This document shows positions 52,600 through 63,257 of a DNA stretch of 64,000 bases, piece after piece. The translations under genes were made by a program, and so were the position numbers. The notes beneath the pieces were generated by a model. It saw nothing but the letters and a program-made list of their open reading frames with translations. It did no database searches and was not told the DNA's origin. This DNA is from a virus (Duplodnaviria > Caudoviricetes). The stretch is taken from positions 160,001-224,000 of the IMG/VR virus record IMGVR_UViG_3300005259_000074; one strand, 5' to 3'. Position 1 is the stretch's first letter. Every line of letters begins with the position of its first letter.

Positions 52600-53093
52600 T
52601 TGTTCATCTCCTTTATTATCATCTGAGCTACATAGAATAACACACCCTCTCCTCCTCCGACTGGAAGTATCTTCACATTAGAAGGAAGATCGATGAATCT
52701 AGTGCGCGACGCCGTGTCTATCAGAGAGTTCTTCGGAGCGAAACCGACCTCACACAACTTCATTGCTTCTACGTCATAATAGCCATCGCCGACAAAAGCT
52801 ACTCCAGAATATGGATCTCCATTGATTATGTCGCTGATGAACTTAATTCTCTCAGATTCAGACACTTGGTGTGATTCTACTTTCATGTCAATAAGACGAC
52901 ACTCAGTGATAGGCCAACCGCGCTTGTCAGCTGATATGGCTATGATGTTGATACCAGCGTTTCTTAACATCTTCACGCCATCAGCGTCATGTGCGCCAAA
53001 TGTCTTTGACTGTTTACCGTCTTTGGTGTAGACGAAACGTCCATCAGTCAGAACACCGTCTACGTCGGTGATCACAGTCTTAATGTGCAGCAT
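52596..53093 (-). CDS. KdsC-like HAD phosphatase
   Basis: DVDGVLTDG, DADG, FVGDGYYD. Confidence 0.88.
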   Translation of the reverse strand: MLHIKTVITDVDGVLTDGRFVYTKDGKQSKTFGAHDADGVKMLRNAGINIIAISADKRGWPITECRLIDMKVESHQVSESERIKFISDIINGDPYSGVAFVGDGYYDVEAMKLCEVGFAPKNSLIDTASRTRFIDLPSNVKILPVGGGEGVLFYVAQMIIKEMNK

Positions 53094-53162
53094 TCAACAT
53101 TCTCCGAGATTCATTGACGAGATTATAATACCTTCAAAACAGCGGATTTGAATAGAAGTCAA

Positions 53163-55757
53163 TCACAAAGAGTTGATATCTGACACTTCTTCTTTAGTCG
53201 GGTCAAAGCTCTTCCAATTGTGGTTCCTCTCGAATCCCTTCAGAGGACTGAGCACGACTTTCTCGAACATGGTCATGTAATCTATCGCAAACATCTCGTC
53301 GAACTCGGTCGGCCACGTGTCTTTCCAACCTATGACCTCTATGCCGTAGTCGTTCCTCTTCACGTAGACGTACCTCAGCCTATCACCTGGCTGTATAGTC
53401 TGGTACTTATGCGCTAAGTTCAACTTCTCAACGAGTTGGTTGTAATATATCGCACCTTTTGCATGAGCTCCCGCGCCCTTCCCAGCTTTCAAGAACCCAA
53501 TGACTTCTTTCTCCGTAGAGTAGTTCTTAATGTATCCCAGGTCTTCAGGCTTCATAGAGGTGAACGCGTTCCACGTCGATGATATGAAATCTCTGTACTG
53601 GGATGAAGTCCATTTTTCAGTCATTCCCCGCTTTATCGCATCTGCTAAGATGCCTTTGACTTTGAACGGCAGTTCGTTCTTCTTGACATCTACACCGACG
53701 AATTTGAACTTGTCGACCGAGAGACCTTCTAGATCTCTCAAGTGGAGGACGTAGTGTTTCTTCGCGATGAAGTCTCCTTCGCTGCACAGAGTCTCCCTTT
53801 TGAACTCGATTCGTTTCAGAGGAGAACCGAATATCTCCTTAGTCACCCTGAAACAGTTCTCATTCATTCTATTGACAAAATTGTCATCCAACTCTCTGCA
53901 TATCTTCTGGATGTTTGTCTTCGTCCATTTGACGTCGCCGGAACCTACTACCTTCTCTGTCATCTTACTTAAGTCAAGATATAGACTGTCCGTGTCGCCA
54001 GCAATGACGATATCTGAAGTAGCACTATACATCTCAGAAAACAACTTGTTAGCATACTCAGCTGATTCTTTGATGATCCTCTGACCGGATAGAGTAACAG
54101 CTTCAGCGTTGTCTAGGTCGTATAGAGGAAAGTGCTCACTACCTACTTGTCCATAGATGCTGTTCAAGAAGACTTTGTACGCGCCTTGAATGATGTCGTG
54201 CTGGTCGGCTTGCTTCTTCAGTTCTTTAATCTGCGTGTCATCTTTAGACATTCCATTCTCGATCAGCGCTTGTGCTTTCTTCTGAAAAGTCTGAGCTTGT
54301 TTTTTATGACTCTTCCTAGAATCATACAGTTTCTCGAGGAAAGATGGAATGATGCCTTTCTTCACATCTGGAAGAATGTAGAGAACTTTGTTGTTTGAGA
54401 TGATCGACTTCGTGCGAAGAGCAGCAAACTCGTCTTTCGACAGTCGCTTGATCTTTCCGTCGGCTTTCTTTATCTCGACGTAACCGTCCATCTCCTGTGT
54501 GACTTTGCCTATCTTGGTCTCAGGAGATATGTTGAGAGTTATCATCGTGTTCGGGTACAGAGAGTTCAAGTCGAGGGATGTCACCCCTTTGTCGAAGAAT
54601 CCGACTTGCGGCTCGAAGACAAATGCGCCTTCGAACCCCTCGTTCTGACCTTTATCATCTCTCGAATCAGATAGCAGTTTCACGCCGTTCTTTCGCGCCT
54701 GGATCGTGAGAGCTCCGTAGATGTAGGGCTGAGACTTGAAGATGTTCTCATATTCGACTAACCCCATGTTGCATATGTATCGAGTCAGATCAATGAATTT
54801 CTTCTTCTTGTCTAACTTCACGCACAACTCTACGTCTCGCACGTTGTACTTGACGAAGAGGTCGAAGTCTTTCTCGGCGAACTCTCTGATAGTGTCGTAT
54901 GGATTCTTTATCTTAGTCACACCCAGTTCATCAGCGCAGATGTCGCCGAGTTTGTACGACTCTTTCGATCCAAGCTCGAACTTCGCTTTGTAGAGGATGT
55001 AGTAGTCGAGGATAGACACTCCAGTCACCTTATAAGACGCTATCGGCATCGAGTCTCCCCGCTGCTCGCGGTAGCTCTTCCTCACTTCTCCGAGGGGGGA
55101 CAAGACGTTGATCGCTCCATCGTCTAGTATCTTGTCGCAGCGGTTGACTAAGTAAGGCAAGTCGAACCGCTCGACGTTCCACCCACTCAGTACGTCCGGA
55201 CAGTTGTCTTTCCACCACGAGAGGAAAGATTTCAACAGTTCTGTCTCGTCGTCAAAGCAGAGCAGTTCTGTCGGCACTTCACTGCCAGACAAGTCGGCTG
55301 TCCCGAGAGTCCACGTGTGATACTTTTCACTCAGCGTGTCAAACACTGTTATCACGTTGACGGGTTCTTTGGCTTCTTCTGGCTCCGGGAATGCGTTCTT
55401 GACTTGCACTTCTATGTCCAGAAAGAACGTCCTGAGGGGGAAAGATGCGAAAGCTGGAGAATCTATCACATTCTCAAACTGCTGGACTAGGAATTCTCTG
55501 GCAGGGGGAAGACACTCGAATATCCTACAATCTGGATTCTGGTTGAGCCACTTGCGGCGCAATGATATGTTGGTGAAGTCTTTCCTGCGCAGCATGGTGC
55601 TGAACATCGATTTCACCGAACCCCTGATGTCTTCGTAATAGAGGTACGAATTGTGGGGGAACACTCTGGTGACGCGGTTGCCGTTCTCGTCCCACGTGAA
55701 CAGCACGATTTCACCCTGGAACGAATCATTGATCCTGTAATGGATGTTTCGGTACAT
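53163..55757 (-). CDS. Family B DNA polymerase (gp43-like)
   Basis: Exo DIE, GWN...FD.PY; pol DLNSLYP, K...NS.YG, GDTDS. Confidence 0.97.
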   Translation of the reverse strand: MYRNIHYRINDSFQGEIVLFTWDENGNRVTRVFPHNSYLYYEDIRGSVKSMFSTMLRRKDFTNISLRRKWLNQNPDCRIFECLPPAREFLVQQFENVIDSPAFASFPLRTFFLDIEVQVKNAFPEPEEAKEPVNVITVFDTLSEKYHTWTLGTADLSGSEVPTELLCFDDETELLKSFLSWWKDNCPDVLSGWNVERFDLPYLVNRCDKILDDGAINVLSPLGEVRKSYREQRGDSMPIASYKVTGVSILDYYILYKAKFELGSKESYKLGDICADELGVTKIKNPYDTIREFAEKDFDLFVKYNVRDVELCVKLDKKKKFIDLTRYICNMGLVEYENIFKSQPYIYGALTIQARKNGVKLLSDSRDDKGQNEGFEGAFVFEPQVGFFDKGVTSLDLNSLYPNTMITLNISPETKIGKVTQEMDGYVEIKKADGKIKRLSKDEFAALRTKSIISNNKVLYILPDVKKGIIPSFLEKLYDSRKSHKKQAQTFQKKAQALIENGMSKDDTQIKELKKQADQHDIIQGAYKVFLNSIYGQVGSEHFPLYDLDNAEAVTLSGQRIIKESAEYANKLFSEMYSATSDIVIAGDTDSLYLDLSKMTEKVVGSGDVKWTKTNIQKICRELDDNFVNRMNENCFRVTKEIFGSPLKRIEFKRETLCSEGDFIAKKHYVLHLRDLEGLSVDKFKFVGVDVKKNELPFKVKGILADAIKRGMTEKWTSSQYRDFISSTWNAFTSMKPEDLGYIKNYSTEKEVIGFLKAGKGAGAHAKGAIYYNQLVEKLNLAHKYQTIQPGDRLRYVYVKRNDYGIEVIGWKDTWPTEFDEMFAIDYMTMFEKVVLSPLKGFERNHNWKSFDPTKEEVSDINSL

Positions 55758-55795
55758 TAACTCTCCTGTTTTCCAGTTAGAATACAGCTAGAAGC

Positions 55796-56638
55796 TCAGA
55801 TGCTGTCGAGGACTTTTCTGATTTCTTCTTCGAAGCGGCATTCCTTCAAAATGCTGACGATCTTGGAGAACTTATCAGATGGAATTCGCTGAAAATCAGT
55901 TGAACCACCGTTGGCGAAATAAGATACGGTGTCAGAAGAAGTAGACAGTCTGAAATAGTTATTGCCTTTCAGGAAGTCTAGGCTGAAATTTATCGACAAC
56001 CCGGATGTATCATTTGCGGCGTTGTCATAACTTATTCCCGGTGGGTTGACGAGGTAGTAGTGCTTGTAGTTCTTTCCTAAGAGGCGCTTGAGCTTCAGGA
56101 GTCCACCCCAGAAATACTCGAGGTCTGGCGGTTCCGTCCAGCCGAACTGACCGTAGTGCTTTGGGTCTTTCCTGAGCAAGTTGGACCTGTACCCGGAGAT
56201 AGACAGGGGGTGGTCAACCCAAACTGGGCGCTTCACGTAGGCATTCACATACGCTATCTTCGGTAAGTAGTCTTTGGTGACGTCGAGGTCTTCGTATTCT
56301 TTGAACAGCTGGATAGACACTATGGCCGCGGTGTTGGGTCCTGTAGCTGGATTCGGCGAGGACATCAGAGCTGATGCTTCGTCGAGCATCTTTCGCGCAA
56401 GATTCTCCCTGTAACCTCTAGCTCGGAATTCGTTGCAGCAGATGAAAAAATAGGCGACTAACGCCTGAGAATATCCTTGCCACATCACGAAAGCGGGATG
56501 TCTTCTCCACGCCTTCTTCTCTCTGTCGAGCAAGAGGTGTATCATCTGATAGCACTCTAGCCGTTGCTTTCCGAGCCTCTTAGTGTCCAGACACCTGACG
56601 CTAGAGAGAAAGTTGTCGTAAGGCATGAATGTATTCAC
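55796..56638 (-). CDS. Pyrimidine-dimer glycosylase/DenV-like domain plus C-terminal extension
   Basis: MNTFMPY...LDTKRLGKQRLE...HPA..MW.GY...SNLLRKDP. Confidence 0.78.
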   Translation of the reverse strand: MNTFMPYDNFLSSVRCLDTKRLGKQRLECYQMIHLLLDREKKAWRRHPAFVMWQGYSQALVAYFFICCNEFRARGYRENLARKMLDEASALMSSPNPATGPNTAAIVSIQLFKEYEDLDVTKDYLPKIAYVNAYVKRPVWVDHPLSISGYRSNLLRKDPKHYGQFGWTEPPDLEYFWGGLLKLKRLLGKNYKHYYLVNPPGISYDNAANDTSGLSINFSLDFLKGNNYFRLSTSSDTVSYFANGGSTDFQRIPSDKFSKIVSILKECRFEEEIRKVLDSI

Positions 56639-57126
56639 AAGTTGAACTTCTCGACTACGACGTTATTCTTTAGCAGCATCTCTTTGACTTCATTGTCGTC
56701 AAAGCCGTATTCAGCTCTACAGTACTCATCGCTGTAGACTATTCTTTTGACTCCAGCTTGGATTAACATCGGAAGACAGCGACAACACGGCTGTAGAGTG
56801 CTAAACATAGTCGAGCCTTCGATCTTCACCCCGTTCTTAGCGGCAGCTAAAATCGTGTTGAGCTCCGAATGTATCTCATTTTTGAGAGACCACTCGTGGT
56901 GTTCTCTCCTCTCTTCATCCATGATGTATCCGGCGTCTTTCCACTGAGGAAACTTGTCGCAGCAGTTGATAGATCCCGCGACAGTCCCGTTGACGCCCAT
57001 AGAGACGACTCTGTCATCTCTGACGAGGATCGCTCCTACCTTTATAGACACACACTTAGACAACTTAGCTGCGGAGAAGGCCATCTCCATGAAAACTCGG
57101 TCTTTAAGAGAGCTCATCGCTCTCAC
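56635..57126 (-). CDS. dCMP deaminase
   Basis: IHSELN, PCCRC. Confidence 0.9.
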   Translation of the reverse strand: MRAMSSLKDRVFMEMAFSAAKLSKCVSIKVGAILVRDDRVVSMGVNGTVAGSINCCDKFPQWKDAGYIMDEERREHHEWSLKNEIHSELNTILAAAKNGVKIEGSTMFSTLQPCCRCLPMLIQAGVKRIVYSDEYCRAEYGFDDNEVKEMLLKNNVVVEKFNL

Positions 57127-57138
57127 CTCACATTGAAT

Positions 57139-57375
57139 TCAGGATTTCTTGATTTCTACCGCTTGATTGTGTCCACTTAGGATTGCAGATGCAGCCGCGA
57201 TCATCTTGTTCAATTGATCGAGTTTGACTTGCTGTTCTCCGTCCTTTTTCGCGAGCTGTTTCAGAGCTTTCTCGAGTTCTTCAGCCTTCTTTTCAGCTGT
57301 CAGCGCGCGTTTTTCAGCGGCGAGGGCCTTCGCCTCTGTTTCTTTGATCTCATTTACGAACTTCTCGACATCCAT
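57139..57375 (-). CDS. Coiled-coil protein
   Basis: Heptad-rich 78 aa. Confidence 0.6.
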   Translation of the reverse strand: MDVEKFVNEIKETEAKALAAEKRALTAEKKAEELEKALKQLAKKDGEQQVKLDQLNKMIAAASAILSGHNQAVEIKKS

Positions 57376-57395
57376 GATATGACTCCTCTTGTTTA

Positions 57396-57962
57396 TTAGG
57401 TGATACCGTTGCCAGTCGAACCAAATCCGTCACTGCCGCGCGTAGATGTGAATGAGTAGAGTTCATTCACACTCGCGATCTCCACTAGTTCTTCGTCATT
57501 TATCGGGATCATCACTAGCTGAATGATCTTCTCCCCTGCTGATATACTTACGGAAGTGTCAGACAAGTTGGCGATAGATATGTGTGCTTCACCTTGGTAA
57601 CCTGCATCTAACAGGTTTGCCATGAACACTATGCCTTTTTTGGAAGACACGCCAGACTTATTGCAAGCGATCAGCGCCCAACCTTTAGGGATGTCAAAAT
57701 GAATCCCTGCTGGTATTTTCACTCTGCCGAGAGGGCCGATCACTATAGATGACACGATTTCATCTTCAGCACTCTCATAGATATTGCATATCTTAGAACG
57801 GAAGGTCACATTGAATGAATCATGAAAATTGAAATTGCCTCGACGCAGATCAGTGGGTACAAACATATCAAAACCTGCGTCAAGGGCATGTCCCCTGACA
57901 GGAGACTTGACGTCTCTTACCTTCGAGAACCTTATCTTAGGATACTTCACACTTTCCTCCAT
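57396..57962 (-). CDS. dut: Trimeric dUTPase-family protein
   Basis: AGFD, NKSG, LLDAGYQG, IQLV, RGSDGFGSTG. Confidence 0.9.
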   Translation of the reverse strand: MEESVKYPKIRFSKVRDVKSPVRGHALDAGFDMFVPTDLRRGNFNFHDSFNVTFRSKICNIYESAEDEIVSSIVIGPLGRVKIPAGIHFDIPKGWALIACNKSGVSSKKGIVFMANLLDAGYQGEAHISIANLSDTSVSISAGEKIIQLVMIPINDEELVEIASVNELYSFTSTRGSDGFGSTGNGIT

Positions 57963-58160
57963 TTAAAGATTGTCTTAATAGTACACCGTTGTCCTCACAT
58001 ATGCATCGAGGTTCTATGAGAGGACAGAGTACTATAAGACTATCTGAGAATGTTACAGCGCACAGATTAATCCTTACCACCAGATCCATTACCACCAGTA
58101 AATCGCTATTTGAGTCGCGATGACTCGACGACGTTCCTACCATAAATAGGGCCTGTTGCA

Positions 58161-58712
58161 ATGACCAGGAGACAACCCATTTTTTTCAAGAAGAAAAACG
58201 CGAGTCTTAAGAAAGAAAGTGCTAAGAAGACGAAACCCGAGCGCGCTGTCAGAGAAGAAGTTGAGAAGAAAAAGAAGAAGCGAGTCCCTCCGACAGACCC
58301 GGAGAAAGCTAAGTACTACATCGACCCAGACGACCTGATGAAAGAACTCCGGAAGTTCAAGAAGACGAAGAAGATATCTGAGACCCTGGGGACTTATCTG
58401 ATGAAGTTGGCGAATAAGTACGCGTCGTCGTGGAAGTTCAACAACTATTCTTACAAAGACGAGTTCATTAGTGATGCTATCTGCAGAATGGTGCAGCAAG
58501 TGGATAAAATTAACTTAGATCACCCAAAGTGCAATCCGTTTGCTTATTTGACCATGATGTGTCACAGAGTGTTTATCTCGAGGATAATGAAAGAGAAACG
58601 CTATCAGCAGACTAAAGAGTCTCTAGCTATCGAGAAGTATGGCCTTAGTGCAGATTTCTTCAACAGAGAGATCTTTGACAATGACAACCCGGACCATCAC
58701 AAAGACGAATAG
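58161..58712 (+). CDS. T4 gp55-like late sigma factor
   Basis: KFNNYSYKDEFISDAI, NPFAYLT, EKRYQQ.K. Confidence 0.85.
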   Translation: MTRRQPIFFKKKNASLKKESAKKTKPERAVREEVEKKKKKRVPPTDPEKAKYYIDPDDLMKELRKFKKTKKISETLGTYLMKLANKYASSWKFNNYSYKDEFISDAICRMVQQVDKINLDHPKCNPFAYLTMMCHRVFISRIMKEKRYQQTKESLAIEKYGLSADFFNREIFDNDNPDHHKDE

Positions 58713-58775
58713 TTCGAGTCTAAAATCTGCTTATAGAGTTGTATAATAAATTGTGTTTGTACAGGGGTTGGCATA

Positions 58776-59915
58776 GTGGAAATCATCGACGTCGCAGAAG
58801 AAAAGATAGCGGTCTTCACGGACATCCACTGGGGTAAGTCTAGAGACAGCATGCTCAAACTCAAGTTGGCGAAAGACTTCGTAGACTACTTCGTACTCGA
58901 GTCTAAAGCCAGAGGTGCTAACATCGCACTCTTCTTAGGCGACTGGTTCGACAACCGGAGCTCTCTCAACGTTCTGACTCTCAACTACGCGAAAGACGCC
59001 GTCGAGAAATTGAGCAAGTCTTTCGACAAAGTCATAATGGTCGTCGGCAACCACGACACCTACTTCAGAGAGCGCAGCGAGATCAACAGCGTAGAGCAGT
59101 ATGAGAGTGTCGACAACGTAGTCGTAGTCAAAGAACCGTCTATCTTGAGGTTCAAACACTCAAAGAAAGACATGCTCCTCTGTCCCTGGCACTGGGAGAA
59201 AACTCACATAGTGACTGATGAACAGCCAGACTACGCCGCAGGACATTTTGAAGTCAACGGTGTGTACTTAGCTGGATCAACGGTGTTCACGAATTCCAAC
59301 GCACCTGACACCAACTCGATAGCGTCTATCGCGAAAGAAATGGTGTTGTCAGGACACTTCCACATCAGAAAAGAGTATCCGTGTAAGAACGGCAAGTTGA
59401 TGATGGTCGGTTCTCCACTCCAGTTAGACTGGGGTGACTACGGCAACGATAAGGGATTCTACATCCTCGAACCAACTGGCAGCAGTCTCGAGTTCATTCA
59501 GAACACCAAATCTCCAGTTTACGTGAAGTTCTCTTGGAAACAGCTGTGCGACGGCACTCAGAAAATAAATCCCGAACGAGTGTCTGGGAACTTCGTGAAG
59601 CTAGTCATCGACGACAAGTACGAGTACAAGAACATCGCTCAGTTGACTGATGCAATAAAAAAGCTCAACCCACTGAGCTTCGAAGAAGACTTCATCTTCA
59701 CCATCGGTGGAAAACTGATGCTCGAAGAGGGTGATTGCGATGGATTGACAGATCGCGGTGGCCTCAAATACACGCACTTGGATTACTGCGTCAAATACGT
59801 TGAGAAAATGAGCAAAGAAGAAGGAATGATAGATGGTGTCAATAGACAGGAGCTGATAGACATGCTCAGACAGTACTACGACTCGGTGATGACTGGTTCG
59901 GAGGACAGAGACTGA
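58776..59915 (+). CDS. Mre11/SbcD-like nuclease (gp47-like)
   Basis: TDIHWG, LGDWFD, VGNHD, GHF, SGHFH. Confidence 0.92.
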   Translation: MEIIDVAEEKIAVFTDIHWGKSRDSMLKLKLAKDFVDYFVLESKARGANIALFLGDWFDNRSSLNVLTLNYAKDAVEKLSKSFDKVIMVVGNHDTYFRERSEINSVEQYESVDNVVVVKEPSILRFKHSKKDMLLCPWHWEKTHIVTDEQPDYAAGHFEVNGVYLAGSTVFTNSNAPDTNSIASIAKEMVLSGHFHIRKEYPCKNGKLMMVGSPLQLDWGDYGNDKGFYILEPTGSSLEFIQNTKSPVYVKFSWKQLCDGTQKINPERVSGNFVKLVIDDKYEYKNIAQLTDAIKKLNPLSFEEDFIFTIGGKLMLEEGDCDGLTDRGGLKYTHLDYCVKYVEKMSKEEGMIDGVNRQELIDMLRQYYDSVMTGSEDRD

Positions 59916-61741
59916 TGAAGCAGAGCTTGAAATTCAAGAAGTTGCGCATACAGAACTTCAAGTCAATAGGGCGCGAGATCGAGTTCGACTTCGAGAAGCA
60001 CGAGGGGCTGAACTACATCTTCGGGACCAACTACGACATCGAAGGGACCAAGAACGGGTGCGGCAAGAGCACCATCTGGGACGGCTTGCTGTTCGCGCTA
60101 TTCGGCAAGACGCTGAAGAACACCAACAACACGTACATTCCAAATAGGACTATGTTAGACCCATCGGCGTGGATCACCTGCCAGTGCGAAGTCGAGCTAG
60201 ACTCTGGAGACCGCTCATTCATAGTGAGATCGTTCATAAAGAAACCTGGGCACTGCGTTAACACTGAAGTGTACGAAGGTGAGGAGAATCTTTCAAAAGC
60301 TAGCGTGCACGAGACGAGGTCTTACATCGAGAAGGAAGTATTGAAGTGCACTTTTGAATTATTCAAGACTAGCATATTCATATCATCTTCGGACAAATTC
60401 AGCTTTTTCGACATGAACGCCGCTAAGAAGCGTGAGTACTTAGAGCAGATATTCAAGCTGACATGTTTTGGGGAGATGCTGAAGAAGATAAGGGCTGATT
60501 ACAACTCTCTTGAGAAGGAGATAGCTCTCCTCCAGCGGGAGATAAAGAGCATCGGAGACAACGTTGAGACGTACGCGAAGAAGTCTAATGAGATGAGTGC
60601 CGAGAATATCAGAAAGATCGACCACCTCAAGAAGAAGATAGAACTCAAACGCGGTCAGATGTCTGAGATCAGAGACGTTGCTAACGACAAAGACAAAGTG
60701 CTGTTCAGAGAAGCCGAATTGGCTGAGAAATGCGCCGAGACTCTAGCCGAATTAAAGAACGCACAAGTGAAAGTCTCCAGTGCTATCTCTGGGATAAAGA
60801 AAGACATCAGCCACTACCTAGCCGAGAAATCAAAGCACTCAGAAGTCTTGAAGATAGTGTGCAATGAGTGTGTGAAAGAGATCAGCGCGAAGTTCTCCCT
60901 AGAGGGGTTGCAAAAAGACATCGACGAAGCTGGAGTAAAAGAAGCTAAACTCGAAGTGAAAAAGACTGAGGTTGACGAAGCTGTCGAGAAGATCAAGCTG
61001 AAGCTGAAGAAGCTGAAACCCCAGATCGAGAAGGCAGCTGAAGTCAAGAAGATTCTCTCGAAGAACAAGTGGATCAAAGACCACCTGGAGAAAGACATAA
61101 AGAACCTCGAGCAGGAGCTCGCAGATTCGAAAGACCCAAAGAACCACTTCAGCGAGCTGCTAGAAGCAGCCAGAGCCGACTTCGACGTCAAGAAGAAGAT
61201 GCTCGATGAATTCTTCAATAAGAAGACTAACTTGGACATCTTACAGAAGATCGTCGGGGAAGATGGCGCGAAGAAATTCATCATCAAAGACTTGGTCGAA
61301 ATGCTCAACGTGAGGATCAGACGGTACTTGGACGAGATGGGAGCTGAATTCACGGTGTACTTTGACGAATCGTTCGACTGCCGCTCGATAACATCGACTG
61401 GAGAGTGCGACTACTCGAGTTTCAGCGCGGGGGAGAGAGCTAGGATAAACTTGGCTATCATGCTGACGTTCAAAGATGTTCTGAACTCTAGCGGCGTCGA
61501 TTCCAACATATTCATACTTGACGAAGTGCTAGACGGTGGGATCGACCAGTACGCACTGAAATCTCTAGTCAACATTCTGAAGAATCAGTGTGAGACATAC
61601 AAGCAAACCATTTACTTGATATCTCACCGTTCAGAGATAATCGATGATGGATGTTTCGACAATGTGATAGAAGTCGTGAAGAAAAATAATGTCTCTTATA
61701 TCAAATCAGACCCACAAGGAGGGACTGAAAATTTAGATTAG
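59915..61741 (+). CDS. Rad50/SbcC-like ATPase (gp46-like)
   Basis: NGCGKS, Zn hook CNEC, FSAGE, ILDE, ISH. Confidence 0.93.
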   Translation: MKQSLKFKKLRIQNFKSIGREIEFDFEKHEGLNYIFGTNYDIEGTKNGCGKSTIWDGLLFALFGKTLKNTNNTYIPNRTMLDPSAWITCQCEVELDSGDRSFIVRSFIKKPGHCVNTEVYEGEENLSKASVHETRSYIEKEVLKCTFELFKTSIFISSSDKFSFFDMNAAKKREYLEQIFKLTCFGEMLKKIRADYNSLEKEIALLQREIKSIGDNVETYAKKSNEMSAENIRKIDHLKKKIELKRGQMSEIRDVANDKDKVLFREAELAEKCAETLAELKNAQVKVSSAISGIKKDISHYLAEKSKHSEVLKIVCNECVKEISAKFSLEGLQKDIDEAGVKEAKLEVKKTEVDEAVEKIKLKLKKLKPQIEKAAEVKKILSKNKWIKDHLEKDIKNLEQELADSKDPKNHFSELLEAARADFDVKKKMLDEFFNKKTNLDILQKIVGEDGAKKFIIKDLVEMLNVRIRRYLDEMGAEFTVYFDESFDCRSITSTGECDYSSFSAGERARINLAIMLTFKDVLNSSGVDSNIFILDEVLDGGIDQYALKSLVNILKNQCETYKQTIYLISHRSEIIDDGCFDNVIEVVKKNNVSYIKSDPQGGTENLD

Positions 61742-61781
61742 ACGTAAATAATTTAGCTAGTGTTAAGGGAAGAACAGCCCA

Positions 61782-62021
61782 ATGATGAATCCAAATGAAC
61801 CACTAGGATTGCCAAAAGGATCTGTCAGAGCTATACTAGCACTCGAAATTGTCACATATTGTCTAGTGTACTTCTGGGTGTTCCGTGAATTTTCTGTTCC
61901 AATCGTATCATTACTGTTCACCGTGACGACGTTCTATTTTGCTTCTAGAGCATTTCCAAATAGAGTTTCAAATGAGTATGAAAGTGATCTTAAAGACAAA
62001 CAAATTGCAGACGAAAAATGA
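61782..62021 (+). CDS. Small two-TM membrane protein
   Basis: PLGLPKGSVRAILAL plus TM segments. Confidence 0.65.
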   Translation: MMNPNEPLGLPKGSVRAILALEIVTYCLVYFWVFREFSVPIVSLLFTVTTFYFASRAFPNRVSNEYESDLKDKQIADEK

Positions 62022-62180
62022 CGATCGTATCGTTCATCTTTGGGTTTCTAGTTGCATGTTGGTGGTTTAGTAGAAGTGAATTAAATAATGTAGTCGTGAT
62101 CATTTTATTCTTAGTGGGAATTTTAGTGACAGCATCCACTCTAGTAAAAGACAAGTGAAAGTTGAGTGTGATTTAGAGAC

Positions 62181-62864
62181 ATGAACATTTACATCATTTC
62201 TTGCACAAAATCTAGCAATAAAGAATTCAATGACACTCCGCTGGGTAAGTCAATAGTGAAATTGAACACTGTCTTGGGTATCAATATCACTCCTCTCGTG
62301 TGTTTCAATAACACGGATGGAATGCCAAAAGTCTACAATGACTTTCTATCGATGACATCTGGAAACGATCGCGTGCTGTTCGTTCACGATGATGTTTACA
62401 TCAACGACATATTCTTAGCTGATAAGTTAGAGGAAGGATTCAAGAATTATGACGTCCTGGGAGTCGCTGGTTCCGATAACTTCTCGATAGCCAGAAATCC
62501 CGTGTGCTGGCACAATTCACCGAGAGACAGTTGGAGTGGGGCTGTTGAACACCCTGTGAAGAACAAGAGCGATGGTCAGACATTCGTGACGTCCTTCGGC
62601 GACTGGCCCAAGCGATGCATAGTGCTGGATGGATTGTTCATTGCAGTCAAGAGCGTAGACATAGCCAAGAAGATAGGCTGGGACGAAGATTTTGAATTCG
62701 ACTTTTACGACGCTTCGTTCTGCTTAAGAGCACACCGAGCGGGGTTTAGACTAGGAACTGTTCCAGTCTCTACGACTCACATGTCGCACGGAGATGGGAT
62801 AAAAAAAGAATCATATAAGATATCCCAAGAACTCTTTATATCTAAGTTCAAAAATAAGCAATGA
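62181..62864 (+). CDS. GT-A glycosyltransferase
   Basis: VLFVHDDV, GVAG, LDGLF, FDFYD. Confidence 0.82.
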   Translation: MNIYIISCTKSSNKEFNDTPLGKSIVKLNTVLGINITPLVCFNNTDGMPKVYNDFLSMTSGNDRVLFVHDDVYINDIFLADKLEEGFKNYDVLGVAGSDNFSIARNPVCWHNSPRDSWSGAVEHPVKNKSDGQTFVTSFGDWPKRCIVLDGLFIAVKSVDIAKKIGWDEDFEFDFYDASFCLRAHRAGFRLGTVPVSTTHMSHGDGIKKESYKISQELFISKFKNKQ

Positions 62865-62881
62865 GAGTGTAGAATAGATCT

Positions 62882-63253
62882 ATGAGTAAATTTCCCTTTG
62901 ACGATCTCAAAAATGAGTTCGGAGAAGCATCTGAAGACAGTGCACTAGCAATAGCGATTCTTGAAGATGTTGAATTTTTGATCGAATTCAACCAACTGTC
63001 TGCTCCTCCCGAGATAAACAGAACTTTCAATGTGTTCCAGTACAAAGTGCTCCTGAAGTATTTTAATGATCACATCAAAAAGGTAGTCAAAGACGACAAC
63101 CATAAGATTTTGTGGTTAGCAGACCACACTGACGCTCTTAAAAAGCTCAGAGATATAGGTAACAAGATTCCTGAAAAAGAAGTCATGACTCTGAGCGACA
63201 CGGATGTTCCGAAGTACGCAGAGAAATTGAGTAAGATAGCAAAGTTACTGTGA
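62882..63253 (+). CDS. Hypothetical protein
   Basis: 123 aa ORF. Confidence 0.6.
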   Translation: MSKFPFDDLKNEFGEASEDSALAIAILEDVEFLIEFNQLSAPPEINRTFNVFQYKVLLKYFNDHIKKVVKDDNHKILWLADHTDALKKLRDIGNKIPEKEVMTLSDTDVPKYAEKLSKIAKLL

Positions 63254-63257
63254 GGTA

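Noticed and set aside
33626-55757. Inteins or introns in NrdJ, helicase, UvsX or PolB
   Set aside because: Lengths are normal, reading frames are continuous and no intein splice motifs are present
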